DNA of 56,667 bases, taken from contig CAZZGQ010000002.1 of the NCBI GenBank assembly GCA_964653765.1, positions 1 through 56,667 on the forward strand, given 5' to 3'. The translations under genes were made by a program, and so were the position numbers. This DNA comes from an uncultured Elusimicrobia bacterium. Its GTDB lineage: Bacteria; Elusimicrobiota; Elusimicrobia; UBA1565; UBA9628. This document shows positions 27,469-36,960 of this stretch, one piece after another. The first letter of the stretch is position 1. Each line of letters opens with the position of its first letter. Under the pieces are notes generated by a model. It worked only from the letters and a program-made list of their open reading frames with translations. It was not told where the DNA came from and made no database searches.

Positions 27469-29146
27469 GTCCCATGTGCGCGCCAACGCCGCCATTTACG
27501 GCGGAGCGGGCATCATCGTCCAAATCTTTCGTCTTGTCCAAGAAGTCCTTTTGCGCCGACTGCTCACGACGGAGATCATCGGAATCATCGGCTTGGGCGA
27601 TTTGGTCCAAAGTTTCGCCAAGAGCTTGGATCTGGGCGTCGTTGTGGCCGCGGGACGAGATTTGCCGCTGCTTCGCGGAGCGGGACGCCTCGATGAGGAA
27701 GCGATCGCTCGGAGAACGGCTCTATGGGGCTATGTAGCGCAGGCCGTTATATTCGCTATCCCAGTCGTTGTTTACGCTCTCGTTGCCGTCACCGATCCCA
27801 ACATTCGCTGGGCCTTGTGTGCGGCCTCCCTCGTTCAGGTTTTGACCGCCGCCTGCGAGGCGCGGCAGCTGGTCCTTCAGTCCGTCCAGAATTTCGCGAG
27901 CTTAAGCCGCGTCAACCTCTCCTTCGCCTTGATCTATGCCGCTTGCGTTGTGAGCGGAGCGGAATTGTTTGGGCTGCGAGGGGTCCTTGTTGGGGGCGTG
28001 GCGGCCTGGATTGTTCAGACGTTTCTCCTGCGCCATTACATCGCCGGCTTAGTTCTTCAAGAGGGGCGTCTCGATTTCAGAGTATTAAAGAGTCTCATCA
28101 GCTTTGGCCTTCCCTTGAAGCTTTGTGATTATCCGACCGCGCTTGCATTTCTCGTTGACTCGATGATTGTTGGAAAGCTCTTCGGCCTTGAAGGATTGGC
28201 GATTTACTCGACGGCGCGCGCGTTCTTCAACCAAGCCCTCGAGCTTCCCACGCGGTTTGGAAGCGTCGTGCTGATGAGGCTGTATCATGACGACGCAGCC
28301 GAGGGAAGGGCAGTCTCGGCCGCTCAATTGGCTCGATTCCTTAAGGCGCAATATTTTCTCATCCTTCCGGTTTTGGTTTGCGGCTTTGCCGTTGGCCTTA
28401 GGTTCCTCGCCTCTTGTTTCCTGCCTCGTTACATGCCCACGGTTGCGGTGGCTGAAGTTCTTATTCTTGAGGCTTATTTTGTTCCGCAGATCAGCTTGAT
28501 GCGTAATTATTGGATCATCGACAAGAATCTGCGCCTAATCGCCGTCTCGGGAAGCTTGTGGCTCATCTCTCGCGTCGTTTTGCTGTATTGGCTGGCTGTC
28601 GGCCTGAAGCTTGGGCTTATCGGCGCCGCTTGGGCATGTGTCGCCAGCGCCATTGTCTATTACGCATTCCTTTTGATCGGGATCGGGCACCCGCTTTGGG
28701 GCGGTGCTGGCAGCACTCGGCTTGGCTTGTCGGCGATCATTTCGGCCGCCGTAGCGGCGATTGCTGTGCGACAATTGAATACTCCAATGCCAGCCGTTTT
28801 GACGGCAGCGATGCTTGTCGCCGTCCGTCAATTGACTGGAATGATGATGGTGATTTCTCCACTGATCCTTTTCGGCCTCCTTGTTGTCGTCGCCGAAGAC
28901 AATGACGTTGGTTCCGTTACTGTCTGTCTGCCGCGGCTGAGCTTGTGGGCTCTATTCTTTGCCAGGATCAAAAGGAGAAAACCACTGGACGTCTACTTCG
29001 AGGATTACACGCGCTATGCCAAGGCGCTCATGCGCTGGTTTGGCATCCCTGAATCTTGGTTGTTGATTTGCTACCAGCTTGTCGCTGGCCGCTCGGTTCG
29101 CCGATTGCCGCAACGAACCTTGGGGGTTCCATCCCTCTCGGCCTAA
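27449..29146 (+). CDS. wzx: Wzx flippase with an extra ~80-aa C-terminal extension (start TTG 27449 or GTG 27476)
   Basis: RRLL....G, DLG...A.GR.LP, LISFGLPL, D...VG.LFG..GLAIY, LGLIGAAWA; many TMs. Confidence 0.8.
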   Translation: MNASKGKSHVRANAAIYGGAGIIVQIFRLVQEVLLRRLLTTEIIGIIGLGDLVQSFAKSLDLGVVVAAGRDLPLLRGAGRLDEEAIARRTALWGYVAQAVIFAIPVVVYALVAVTDPNIRWALCAASLVQVLTAACEARQLVLQSVQNFASLSRVNLSFALIYAACVVSGAELFGLRGVLVGGVAAWIVQTFLLRHYIAGLVLQEGRLDFRVLKSLISFGLPLKLCDYPTALAFLVDSMIVGKLFGLEGLAIYSTARAFFNQALELPTRFGSVVLMRLYHDDAAEGRAVSAAQLARFLKAQYFLILPVLVCGFAVGLRFLASCFLPRYMPTVAVAEVLILEAYFVPQISLMRNYWIIDKNLRLIAVSGSLWLISRVVLLYWLAVGLKLGLIGAAWACVASAIVYYAFLLIGIGHPLWGGAGSTRLGLSAIISAAVAAIAVRQLNTPMPAVLTAAMLVAVRQLTGMMMVISPLILFGLLVVVAEDNDVGSVTVCLPRLSLWALFFARIKRRKPLDVYFEDYTRYAKALMRWFGIPESWLLICYQLVAGRSVRRLPQRTLGVPSLSA

Positions 29147-30561
29147 TCCTGCCAGTCCTTCCCCTTTTTGGGGCGGTTTACGTTTATTTCTTTGGGCTAA
29201 AAGCAAGTCCCATGCAGGCGCTCCTGGCCGCTCTTCTCTGTTTTTTGTTTTGGCCGAAGGTGGGCTTGCACCAGCCTCCTCTCCTAGAGGGGATGTCGGC
29301 CTATATTTTCATGTGGCCGATCACCACGAGCGCGCTCGCCTTAAGCGTCTGGCGACATGAAGGGAAGAGGCAGGCGTCGGTCGGCAAGGCGCTTGGACGA
29401 TGCCTTTTCATCGCCATAGCGGCCGTCACCGTCTCATTTACGGCCTCCTGGTTGGTCGACAAACAGGGTCTTGCTCCGTCCACGATCGAGCCGCGTTTGC
29501 GCGTTTATAATTTTCTCATCTTGCTGCAAGCAGGATGGTTTTCTTATTTGTTTTTGCGCAGCGTGCGCACCGCGCAGGATGCGCGCCGCGTATTAGAAAT
29601 CTTCGCCTTGGGCGGGGGCGTGATTGTCGCGGAGTCAATTGTATTCGCTTACCTGAAAATACCGTCGCCTGGCGGTTTGGCGTTCGATAAGACGGCAGGG
29701 CGTTTTCAGAGCTTCTTCTATTCCAGTTTCTCCACCGTGAATTTTTTTATGACCTTGGCGTTTTCGAGCATGATGTATATGTCCTTGACACGGCGTCGAG
29801 CGTGGCTGTTATTAACGGCGGCTTGCTTCTTGCCTGTGATGGCGACCTATGAGCGCGGACCGATTTGTGGGCTACTGTGCGTGGCTCTGGTGGCTTTCCT
29901 TGCGACGCGCCGGCGCAAACTGCGATGGTTGCTTTCGATCGCTGTTGTCGCCGCGGCGCTAGCCATCGCCTTTCCGCTATTCTCGGAAGGGTTGGGCCGC
30001 GTGATGGGGGGCTCGGTACGCAAGGATTATTTTTCCTCAGGCCAGGTTTCCGTGCGGCGCGCGATCTGGGCGCGTGGTCTGGATGTTGGAGTCGTAGCGT
30101 TTCCGTGGGGGGTCGGCCCTGGCCTGTTTTCGGAGCAGACGGACGCTGTAGCGATCTGGGTACCGCCGGAGCGGTTCGCCGGACCGGCGGATCGCCTGTT
30201 TTGGGAGACTTATAATAGCCTTGTTCATGGATGGTATCATTCCGATTTGCATAGCCTCTACATGACTTGGATTGTGGAAAATGGGCTTCTTGGGATCCTG
30301 ACTCTTGTCTTTGTGGCGTTTATTTTTGGAAGAAGCCTTCTGGCGCTCTTGCGTACTCCTATTCCCACCGGCGATGAACCGTGGCGAACCTATGCTTTAT
30401 GGGTTTGCTCTTGCGCCGCTTTCGCAGGCCTGGCCGTAGACTATGCTTTTGACGTCAATCCTTTTTTGTTTTTCATGCTGTTTCCCCTTTTGCACATCGG
30501 CAAGGTTTGCCAACGGACACTCAGGTACAATAGCGACGAGCAGGCCATGTCGATTTGTTAG
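29056..30561 (+). CDS. O-antigen polymerase/ligase family (Wzy/WaaL) membrane protein; start uncertain (29056-29212)
   Basis: About 12 TMs, TYERG, large loop with R..IW..GL..P.GVG.G.F, HSDLHSLY..W.VENG..G. Confidence 0.78.
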   Translation: MVVDLLPACRWPLGSPIAATNLGGSIPLGLILPVLPLFGAVYVYFFGLKASPMQALLAALLCFLFWPKVGLHQPPLLEGMSAYIFMWPITTSALALSVWRHEGKRQASVGKALGRCLFIAIAAVTVSFTASWLVDKQGLAPSTIEPRLRVYNFLILLQAGWFSYLFLRSVRTAQDARRVLEIFALGGGVIVAESIVFAYLKIPSPGGLAFDKTAGRFQSFFYSSFSTVNFFMTLAFSSMMYMSLTRRRAWLLLTAACFLPVMATYERGPICGLLCVALVAFLATRRRKLRWLLSIAVVAAALAIAFPLFSEGLGRVMGGSVRKDYFSSGQVSVRRAIWARGLDVGVVAFPWGVGPGLFSEQTDAVAIWVPPERFAGPADRLFWETYNSLVHGWYHSDLHSLYMTWIVENGLLGILTLVFVAFIFGRSLLALLRTPIPTGDEPWRTYALWVCSCAAFAGLAVDYAFDVNPFLFFMLFPLLHIGKVCQRTLRYNSDEQAMSIC

Positions 30562-30564
30562 AAT
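30556..30564 (+). promoter_or_regulatory. Extended -10 element overlapping the upstream stop codon
   Basis: TG-T-TAGAAT, 12 nt before GTG 30577. Confidence 0.45.
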
Positions 30565-30576
30565 CTTAATTGCGCT

Positions 30577-31443
30577 GTGGCTAGAATATTGCTAACCGGT
30601 GGACGCGGCATGGTGGGAAGCTATGCCAGCCGCGTTTTCACCAAAGATGAGGTCCTGGCTCTTGGATCCAACGAGCTCGATATCTGCTTGCCGGATCAGG
30701 TCGACGCTAAAATCGACGCTCTCCGACCCGATGTCGTTGTTCATTTGGCTGCGGCGACCAATGTCGATCGTTGCCAGACGGACCCCGCCTACGCGTTTCG
30801 CGTCAATGAGCAGGGAACGCGCAATATCTCTCGTGCCTGTTTGCGCCATAACTGTACTCTTGTTTACGCGAGCAGCGGCGCGGTTTTCGATGGTCGAAAA
30901 CTAGAGCCGTACCTCGAATCAGATCCGGTATCTCCAGCGAACACATATGGCGCCTCAAAGTTGGCGGGGGAAGTCGTCGTGCGCGACCTTGCCTGTCGAT
31001 GGTTTATCGCTCGCGCTGGCTGGGTTTTTGGCGGAGTCGACCGCGATGCTAAATTCGTCGGCAAACTCGCTGGCATGATGCTTTCCGGTCAAAAGCAGCT
31101 GAAGGTCGTCGACGACAAGATCGGGACCCCTACCTATGCTTTGGATTATCTACAAAGTATTCAAAGCTTGATTGGCGGCGCAGAAAGCGGAATCTATCAT
31201 CTCGGCAATATGGGTCTTGCCTCCCGTTTTGAGATCGCGCAGGAAATCCGCCGCATCCTGGACCTCAAGGACGTGGAAGTCGTTCCTGTTTCCTCCGATC
31301 AGTTCCCTCTTCCTGCGCCACGGGGACGTTCCGAGGCCATTGCCAGCTCCCACGGTGCTTTCGCGCGGCGTTCTTGGCAGAAAGCGCTGGAAGACTATCT
31401 CGTTCGGGAATACCTACCAGCCTATCCAGCCGTTACCGCCTAA
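30577..31443 (+). CDS. rfbD: dTDP-4-dehydrorhamnose reductase family
   Basis: TGGRGMVG, HLAA.T.VD.C..DP..A..VN, VFDG....PY.E.D..SP...YGASK.AGE, DD..GTPT, PAPR. Confidence 0.85.
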   Translation: MARILLTGGRGMVGSYASRVFTKDEVLALGSNELDICLPDQVDAKIDALRPDVVVHLAAATNVDRCQTDPAYAFRVNEQGTRNISRACLRHNCTLVYASSGAVFDGRKLEPYLESDPVSPANTYGASKLAGEVVVRDLACRWFIARAGWVFGGVDRDAKFVGKLAGMMLSGQKQLKVVDDKIGTPTYALDYLQSIQSLIGGAESGIYHLGNMGLASRFEIAQEIRRILDLKDVEVVPVSSDQFPLPAPRGRSEAIASSHGAFARRSWQKALEDYLVREYLPAYPAVTA

Positions 31444-32393
31444 TGCCTTTAGTCACCATAGCCATCTGCGCTTATAATGCGCAGCGCTACATTGAAGAAA
31501 CGCTCGAGAGCGCGCTGGCGCAAACGTTTCGCGACTTCGACGTTCTTGTCGTTGACGACGGCTCGACCGATGACACCCCAGGCATCGTCGGCCGCATGGC
31601 TCGGCGGCACTCTCGACTGAAATATTTTCGCCAAGAAAACGGAGGCTTAAGCAGCTCGCGCAACGCTTCGCTGCGAGTGGCGGAGGGCCAATGGCTTGCC
31701 ATCATCGATCACGACGACATTTGTCTTCCCGGACGGCTCGAGGCGCAGGTGGAGCAGGCCAGACGCTTTCCCGACGCCGCGCTTATTTTTTCGGATTCGG
31801 AGCATTTCATGGACGACGGTCGCGTTATCCGCAGCCAATTCCAGTATTTCAACCCTTGCGGCATTGATTTGACGGCGGGAGCTGCAGGGGCGCAGCTCCT
31901 GGTTCATGGAAACTTCATTGATTCGGAAACGGCTTTTTTCCAGCGGAAGGCGGCAATCGAGCTTGGGGGATTTGATCCCCGATACGCTTACGCCATGGAC
32001 TATGAGTTTTTTATTCGATTGGGCGCTCGGTTTCGCATCTCAGGAGTCGATCGCATATTGTCTCGCTGGAGACTCCATCCCAAGCAGTTGACTCAGACGA
32101 TCCCAGATAAGGTCGTAGCCGAGACGCGAGACATTCTTTCACGTTGGCTTGACTGGCCGGGGCTTGTTGGGGTGGCTCGGGCCGAGGTGAAACAGAGGTT
32201 ATTTTTGTTTGCGCTGCTTGAGCTTAGGGCCAAAATGGCTGGGTCTCGAATGACGCCAACCACGGCGGTGCTTCAGGACGTTCTCAGTGGAGCGCCAACG
32301 AGCCTTCTCGACCTCCAATGTCTCTCTCGTTTGGGAACGGAGAAATTTCGCCGAGTCTTGGGCGCGCGCCCTGCGCCTACCTTGAGAACATAG
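31443..32393 (+). CDS. GT2 glycosyltransferase
   Basis: TAATG overlap; VTIAICAYN, VVDDGSTD, N.GLS.SRN, IDHDD, GGFD......DYEF..R. Confidence 0.9.
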   Translation: MPLVTIAICAYNAQRYIEETLESALAQTFRDFDVLVVDDGSTDDTPGIVGRMARRHSRLKYFRQENGGLSSSRNASLRVAEGQWLAIIDHDDICLPGRLEAQVEQARRFPDAALIFSDSEHFMDDGRVIRSQFQYFNPCGIDLTAGAAGAQLLVHGNFIDSETAFFQRKAAIELGGFDPRYAYAMDYEFFIRLGARFRISGVDRILSRWRLHPKQLTQTIPDKVVAETRDILSRWLDWPGLVGVARAEVKQRLFLFALLELRAKMAGSRMTPTTAVLQDVLSGAPTSLLDLQCLSRLGTEKFRRVLGARPAPTLRT

Positions 32394-32398
32394 CCCAT

Positions 32399-33286
32399 AT
32401 GCCGAGCGGCTCGGATCGTTCCGTCTTCGCGCGGCGATTTGGCGTGACGTCGTTTTACCGCCTCGCGCAGCGGATGATGCGGTCTGTTTATTATTTTATC
32501 TTCGCCCGGAGGGCCTATAAGTTCGCCATCCGGCCGCTCATCGAGTTCAATACCTTGGACCAGTTTCGAGCCTTTTGCACGGGCTATCCAATTCTTGAGA
32601 ACTGCCAGGCCATCCGTCTTGAGCCCGCTCATTCCTTTGGCCAGCGGCTTCTTGTGATCGCCGCCCATCCCGACGACGAGACGGTGGGGATGGGGGGCAC
32701 CATGTTGAGAGCCCGCAAAGACGGGAATGACGTGCGGGTTCTCTATGTGACCGATGGCGGCAACGGCGGGCCTGGAACCTATCAAACGAATTGCGCGTTG
32801 CGGGAAGAAGAAGCCCGTTCGCAAAGCCAGGCTCTGGGCATCGCCCATGAATTTTTGGGCGCGCCTGACGGGCTATTTGAGGTCACGGAGGAGTTGGCGC
32901 GTTTGCTCGCGAACAAGATCGAGGACTATTCTCCAACCTCCTTGTTCATCCCATGGCTTCTCGAATCGAATCCAGCCCATCGTCAAGTCAACCATTTGCT
33001 GTTGAGAAGCCTTCAGCTGATACAGTTTGACGGAACGATATTCGCCTACAAGGTTTGGTCGAATCTGACTCCCAATACTTTTGTCGACGTCACGAGCGTA
33101 ATGGAGGAAAAACTCGCTGCCGTCGCCCGCTGGAAATCCCAGGTCGACATTTTTGACTACGTTCACTTCACGCGCGGCATGAACGCTCACGACAGCTATC
33201 TTCAGTCGGGACGAGGGTACGTCGAACCATTTTTTAATTTGCCTGCGAAAGATTATGTCGCTCTCCTTCGGCGTTACTACGGATAA
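32399..33286 (+). CDS. PIG-L/LmbE family de-N-acetylase
   Basis: IAAHPDDE..GMGGT, TDG..G, R..EA, H, K..A....SQ. Confidence 0.82.
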   Translation: MPSGSDRSVFARRFGVTSFYRLAQRMMRSVYYFIFARRAYKFAIRPLIEFNTLDQFRAFCTGYPILENCQAIRLEPAHSFGQRLLVIAAHPDDETVGMGGTMLRARKDGNDVRVLYVTDGGNGGPGTYQTNCALREEEARSQSQALGIAHEFLGAPDGLFEVTEELARLLANKIEDYSPTSLFIPWLLESNPAHRQVNHLLLRSLQLIQFDGTIFAYKVWSNLTPNTFVDVTSVMEEKLAAVARWKSQVDIFDYVHFTRGMNAHDSYLQSGRGYVEPFFNLPAKDYVALLRRYYG

Positions 33287-34301
33287 AGCCTTAGGCTCGA
33301 GTCTTGGGAGCGTCGTTTCTCCATTCGCCAACCCCACGGCGCGGCGAGTAGCCGCGCGCTACCTGGATTCTCGCGAGGCGGTTGACGCCTCTGGGACATG
33401 GAGGTCGACGCGGCGTTTTGGCGTTGGACTTCTCGAGCTGGTTGGGGCTTCCTACGCTGACTATCAGTCCCTGGCCAAAGGCCAGGCGGATCTCGAGGAT
33501 GTTGGGTTTGAGAAGAGCTTGAGCTTGCTTGGCCCCTTCGCGGAGGGAGACCCGTCTATCGTATTGATGGAGAGATGGGTGAAGGAGCGTGGTTTGCTTT
33601 GCCGGGCCGTGGCGCTCTCAAGCGCTCCGGTTCTTCGGATCACGGGATCATGGCAGGAGTATTGCGATTCCAAGCGGGGAAAATTTTGGCACAACCTCAA
33701 TCGCTCCCAACGTCAGATCGAATCGCAATTCGGTCCGCTCGAATTCAAGGTTCTCGAAAGGCCCGAAGACGTAGAGAAGGCTTTTCCGTCTTGTCTCGAG
33801 CTCTATCGCGCGAACTGGACGCGACTGACGTCGCGATCCTTCTTCTTGAGCGATTCGGGCGGCCGATTCCTTCATGATTTAATGGTTGAGTTGTCGCGCG
33901 AGGGTAAGGCCGAGATCTCGCGGCTTGAGCAAAGGGGCGAGCTCCTGGCGTTTTCCTGCGCGCTGAAGATGGATTCAATCTATTATTTTTACGTCTTCGC
34001 CACGAGTAAGCGTCCGGAATTCGAGCGCTTCTCCATTGGGAAGCTTTTCCTGAGACGGCTGCTGGAATCCGTCTTTTCGCGGGGAATGTGCGCGTTTGAC
34101 TTCATGGCTGGCGAGGAGCCGTATAAGTTCGAATGGACCCGCGCAAGCCGCAGCCGAGCGCTCTATTTGGTCGCCCCCGACACGCTGGCCGGTCGAGCGC
34201 GTCTTGAATATTTCCTGGCAGCGCGCGGCTTGGAAGCCAGGCTTAAGAACAACCAGATGTTGCGAGGCCTGTTGCAGCGCCTGTCTCTTTTGTTGCGATG
34301 A
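33255..34301 (+). CDS. GNAT family acyltransferase (CelD/BcsL-like)
   Basis: DY..L, W.EY...K....NL.R..R, SIG.L.L..L.E, FDFMAGEEPYK.EW. Confidence 0.8.
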   Translation: MSLSFGVTTDKALGSSLGSVVSPFANPTARRVAARYLDSREAVDASGTWRSTRRFGVGLLELVGASYADYQSLAKGQADLEDVGFEKSLSLLGPFAEGDPSIVLMERWVKERGLLCRAVALSSAPVLRITGSWQEYCDSKRGKFWHNLNRSQRQIESQFGPLEFKVLERPEDVEKAFPSCLELYRANWTRLTSRSFFLSDSGGRFLHDLMVELSREGKAEISRLEQRGELLAFSCALKMDSIYYFYVFATSKRPEFERFSIGKLFLRRLLESVFSRGMCAFDFMAGEEPYKFEWTRASRSRALYLVAPDTLAGRARLEYFLAARGLEARLKNNQMLRGLLQRLSLLLR

Positions 34302-35395
34302 GAATTACGGCCTCGCCAAGTCTAAGTTTTTCCGACATCCTGAAATTGTGGCGGCTTAAGCCTGCGTCTGATTCGAGGGCGGGCATGGCTTGGGTGGCCG
34401 ACGGCCGGACCGCTCTTGAGGCCGCCTTGCGTCATTGCGCAGGCGGCGGCCCGTGGCTCGTACCGGCCTATTGTTGCCCAGCCGTTCGGCAAACCTTCCT
34501 CGCCGCAGGCATACAAACCGAATACTATCCCGTGGACGAGTCCCTGGTTCCTGTTTGGGACTGCCTGAAAGCTAGGCTCGAACAGGGCGCGGCTGCGGGG
34601 ATCGTCATCATTCACTATTTCGGATTTCGAACGGACTGGACTCCGCTCAAGTCCCTCTTAGTATCGAGGAAAATTCCGCTCATCGAGGATTGCGCCCATC
34701 TTCCGATGCCTGATCCCGGCTGCGAGAATTTAGAGAGCGAGGCGCGGATCTATAGCCCGCGGAAATGGCTGCCGATTCCGCACGGCGGCATGCTAATGTT
34801 GAAGCACTTTGACGGCTCGCCGCAATCCCTATTTCAAAAAAGCACGCCCGATCTTGTTCCTCAGCTAGCACGCAGCGCCGCGTTCGCGCTTGAACGCGGT
34901 TTGCGTCTTAACCTGCGGGGGTGGCTGCTTTCTCTGCCGGCATTTGAGCGCCGCGTTGAAAGTCAAGACGCCGTTGGGCACGCCTATGGCCTGGCCATGG
35001 ATCCGCGCCTTGTCGCCTTCATCAAAAACGGCGCCCCGGCGGCGGCTGAGATCGCCCAGAAACAAAGAAACAATTACGAAGCCTTGGCGCACCACCTCAT
35101 CAGTCTGCCGTCACTTCGGTTGTGGCGGCGACCAATGCCAGAGGATTGTCCCTATACGTTGCCAGTCTTGCTTGATCCCGCGCGCCGAGATGGCCTTCTC
35201 CGGTATTGCCTTCGCAGGGGAGTGATGGCGAGAGCTTATTGGAGATCGCTTCCGCCCGAGGTCATGGCCAGCGCCGACTTCGAGACATCAAGACGGCTTT
35301 CGGAAAGCCTCCTTTGCCTTCCGATCCACTACCGGCTGAGCTCCTCCGATTTAGACCGGGTTCGCGCTGTTGTCGCGGCATTCTTTAACGAATAG
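34298..35395 (+). CDS. Divergent DegT/DnrJ/EryC1/StrS-like PLP-dependent enzyme
   Basis: GR.AL, VPAYCCP.V, IHYFG, LIEDCAH, YSPRKWLP...GG, S..LLCLPIH. Confidence 0.72.
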   Translation: MRITASPSLSFSDILKLWRLKPASDSRAGMAWVADGRTALEAALRHCAGGGPWLVPAYCCPAVRQTFLAAGIQTEYYPVDESLVPVWDCLKARLEQGAAAGIVIIHYFGFRTDWTPLKSLLVSRKIPLIEDCAHLPMPDPGCENLESEARIYSPRKWLPIPHGGMLMLKHFDGSPQSLFQKSTPDLVPQLARSAAFALERGLRLNLRGWLLSLPAFERRVESQDAVGHAYGLAMDPRLVAFIKNGAPAAAEIAQKQRNNYEALAHHLISLPSLRLWRRPMPEDCPYTLPVLLDPARRDGLLRYCLRRGVMARAYWRSLPPEVMASADFETSRRLSESLLCLPIHYRLSSSDLDRVRAVVAAFFNE

Positions 35396-36310
35396 AACCA
35401 GCCCCTCCTCGATCGGCAAGGCAGGAGAGTAGCCGAGTTCCTTGACGATCCGGTCGCTTTGGTAGATCGCGCGGCTTGTGAGGGCGTCGATTCGCGAGGG
35501 CGTCAAGGGAAGGCGTATTCTCAGTCTCTGCGCGAGGCTAGCGGGCCATCGCGCCAGGAACTCAGGAACGCGCAGCGTTGGAACAGGCTTGTCGAGCGCG
35601 CGCGCGATGATCGCGACGAAATGCTCGATGGTCAGATGGTCGGAAAGGTTGTAAATTCCGCCACTCGCACGACCGGCCAGTCCGCAAAGCATGAGCGCCT
35701 CAACGACATTATCGACATGAATGTAGTTGGCCGACGCCCCAGGCTCGCCCATGAAAAAAAATAGGCCGCTGTCGATCATCGCGATCATCTGCTGAAGCGA
35801 TTGGTTGGGCATTCCGGGGCCAAAGACGATGGACGGCCTCAAGACAACCCAAGAGGCCCCGGCCCGGCTTCTTTCCTCGATGACCAGATGCTCCGCGGCG
35901 GCTTTCGTCGTCTCGTATTCGCCAACTGGATGGATCGCCGCTTTCTCCGTCACGACTCCTTCGCGATGCGGCCCATACACGCCAACGCTGCTCAGTTGCA
36001 CCCACCGCGCGACGCGTCGCTGCGCCGCCCGTAATAAAATTTCCGTTCCCTCCACATGAACTTGCCGCATCCGCGCTTTGTCGCGCAGCTCGCCCGCACA
36101 ATGATAAAGGACGTCTGCGCCATCCAAGAATGCCTCAAGCGGCGTATCGCCATCGCCCAGATCGCCACGGTAAACCTGAACTTCCGGAGAGTGGGGAAAT
36201 CGACCAGGATCCTGGCGCGTCAACACGCGCACGGTATCTTTACGTTCGAGATGCCGCTGCGCGAGCTTGCGCCCGATGAATCCCGTGGCTCCGGTGATCG
36301 AGACGATCAT
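35351..36310 (-). CDS. NAD-dependent epimerase/dehydratase (extended SDR)
   Basis: TGATGFIG, HCAG, LSSVGVYG, YE.TK, LRPS.VFG. Confidence 0.9.
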   Translation of the reverse strand: MIVSITGATGFIGRKLAQRHLERKDTVRVLTRQDPGRFPHSPEVQVYRGDLGDGDTPLEAFLDGADVLYHCAGELRDKARMRQVHVEGTEILLRAAQRRVARWVQLSSVGVYGPHREGVVTEKAAIHPVGEYETTKAAAEHLVIEERSRAGASWVVLRPSIVFGPGMPNQSLQQMIAMIDSGLFFFMGEPGASANYIHVDNVVEALMLCGLAGRASGGIYNLSDHLTIEHFVAIIARALDKPVPTLRVPEFLARWPASLAQRLRIRLPLTPSRIDALTSRAIYQSDRIVKELGYSPALPIEEGLVLFVKECRDNSANPV

Positions 36311-36328
36311 TGGCCTTGCTTTGACCAG

Positions 36329-36919
36329 TTAAGGACGTTTTGCGATCTCCTTTGCTGGTATGCCAGCTACAATTGTCCAAGGAGCAATGCTTCTTGTAAC
36401 TACGGCCCCTGCACCGACTATGGCATGCGCGCCAATTGTAACGTTGGGTAGTACTACGACATGAGCGCCTATCCAAACATCATCTTCGATCTTAATCGTT
36501 CCCGATTCGTGACCTTGTCGGTTGATCGGCAAATCTCTGGAGGAAAATCGATGATTGCTTGTTCTTAAAATTGTATTGGGGCCAATCAGGACATCGTTGC
36601 CTATTAAAATTCGACCTCCATCAGCTGCTGATAAACTTACGTTGAAATTGAGGGACACAGAATTTCCTATCTGGATAAGACCATTGGCATTCGCATAGAT
36701 GCTCCCATTCCGCAACATGCCAAAGTTGTCCCCAATAGAAACATTTTTGCCTTCAACAACGAGAATCTGTTCGTCAAAGCAAGCATTTCGCCCGAGGCTG
36801 CTCAGTGTCATTTTTAGCCACATTCTTCTTGCTAGTCGTCCGATGCGACCAGGAAGACTGCGAACCAACGCATCCACCCAAGTAGTTAATTCTTCCGATA
36901 TTTTCTGCCAGAGCGCCAT
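36329..36919 (-). CDS. Hexapeptide-repeat (left-handed beta-helix) O-acyltransferase
   Basis: IGNDVLIGPN, NH.F, IEDDVWIGA.V.VLP.VTIG..AIVGAGAVVT, VAGIPAK; ATG 36919 preferred because the longer start overlaps the promoter. Confidence 0.9.
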   Translation of the reverse strand: MALWQKISEELTTWVDALVRSLPGRIGRLARRMWLKMTLSSLGRNACFDEQILVVEGKNVSIGDNFGMLRNGSIYANANGLIQIGNSVSLNFNVSLSAADGGRILIGNDVLIGPNTILRTSNHRFSSRDLPINRQGHESGTIKIEDDVWIGAHVVVLPNVTIGAHAIVGAGAVVTRSIAPWTIVAGIPAKEIAKRP

Positions 36920-36931
36920 GGAGTGATTTGA

Positions 36932-36960
36932 ATTATAGACGTACACAGTCGTTTCAGCAA
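36932..36960 (-). promoter_or_regulatory. Sigma70-type promoter for the inverted cassette
   Basis: Minus strand TTGCTG (36960-36955)-N17-TATAAT (36937-36932), 12 nt upstream of ATG 36919. Confidence 0.6.

Noticed and set aside
30577-31443. Complete dTDP-rhamnose pathway
   Set aside because: Only an RmlD-like reductase is present; rmlA/B/C are not in the window
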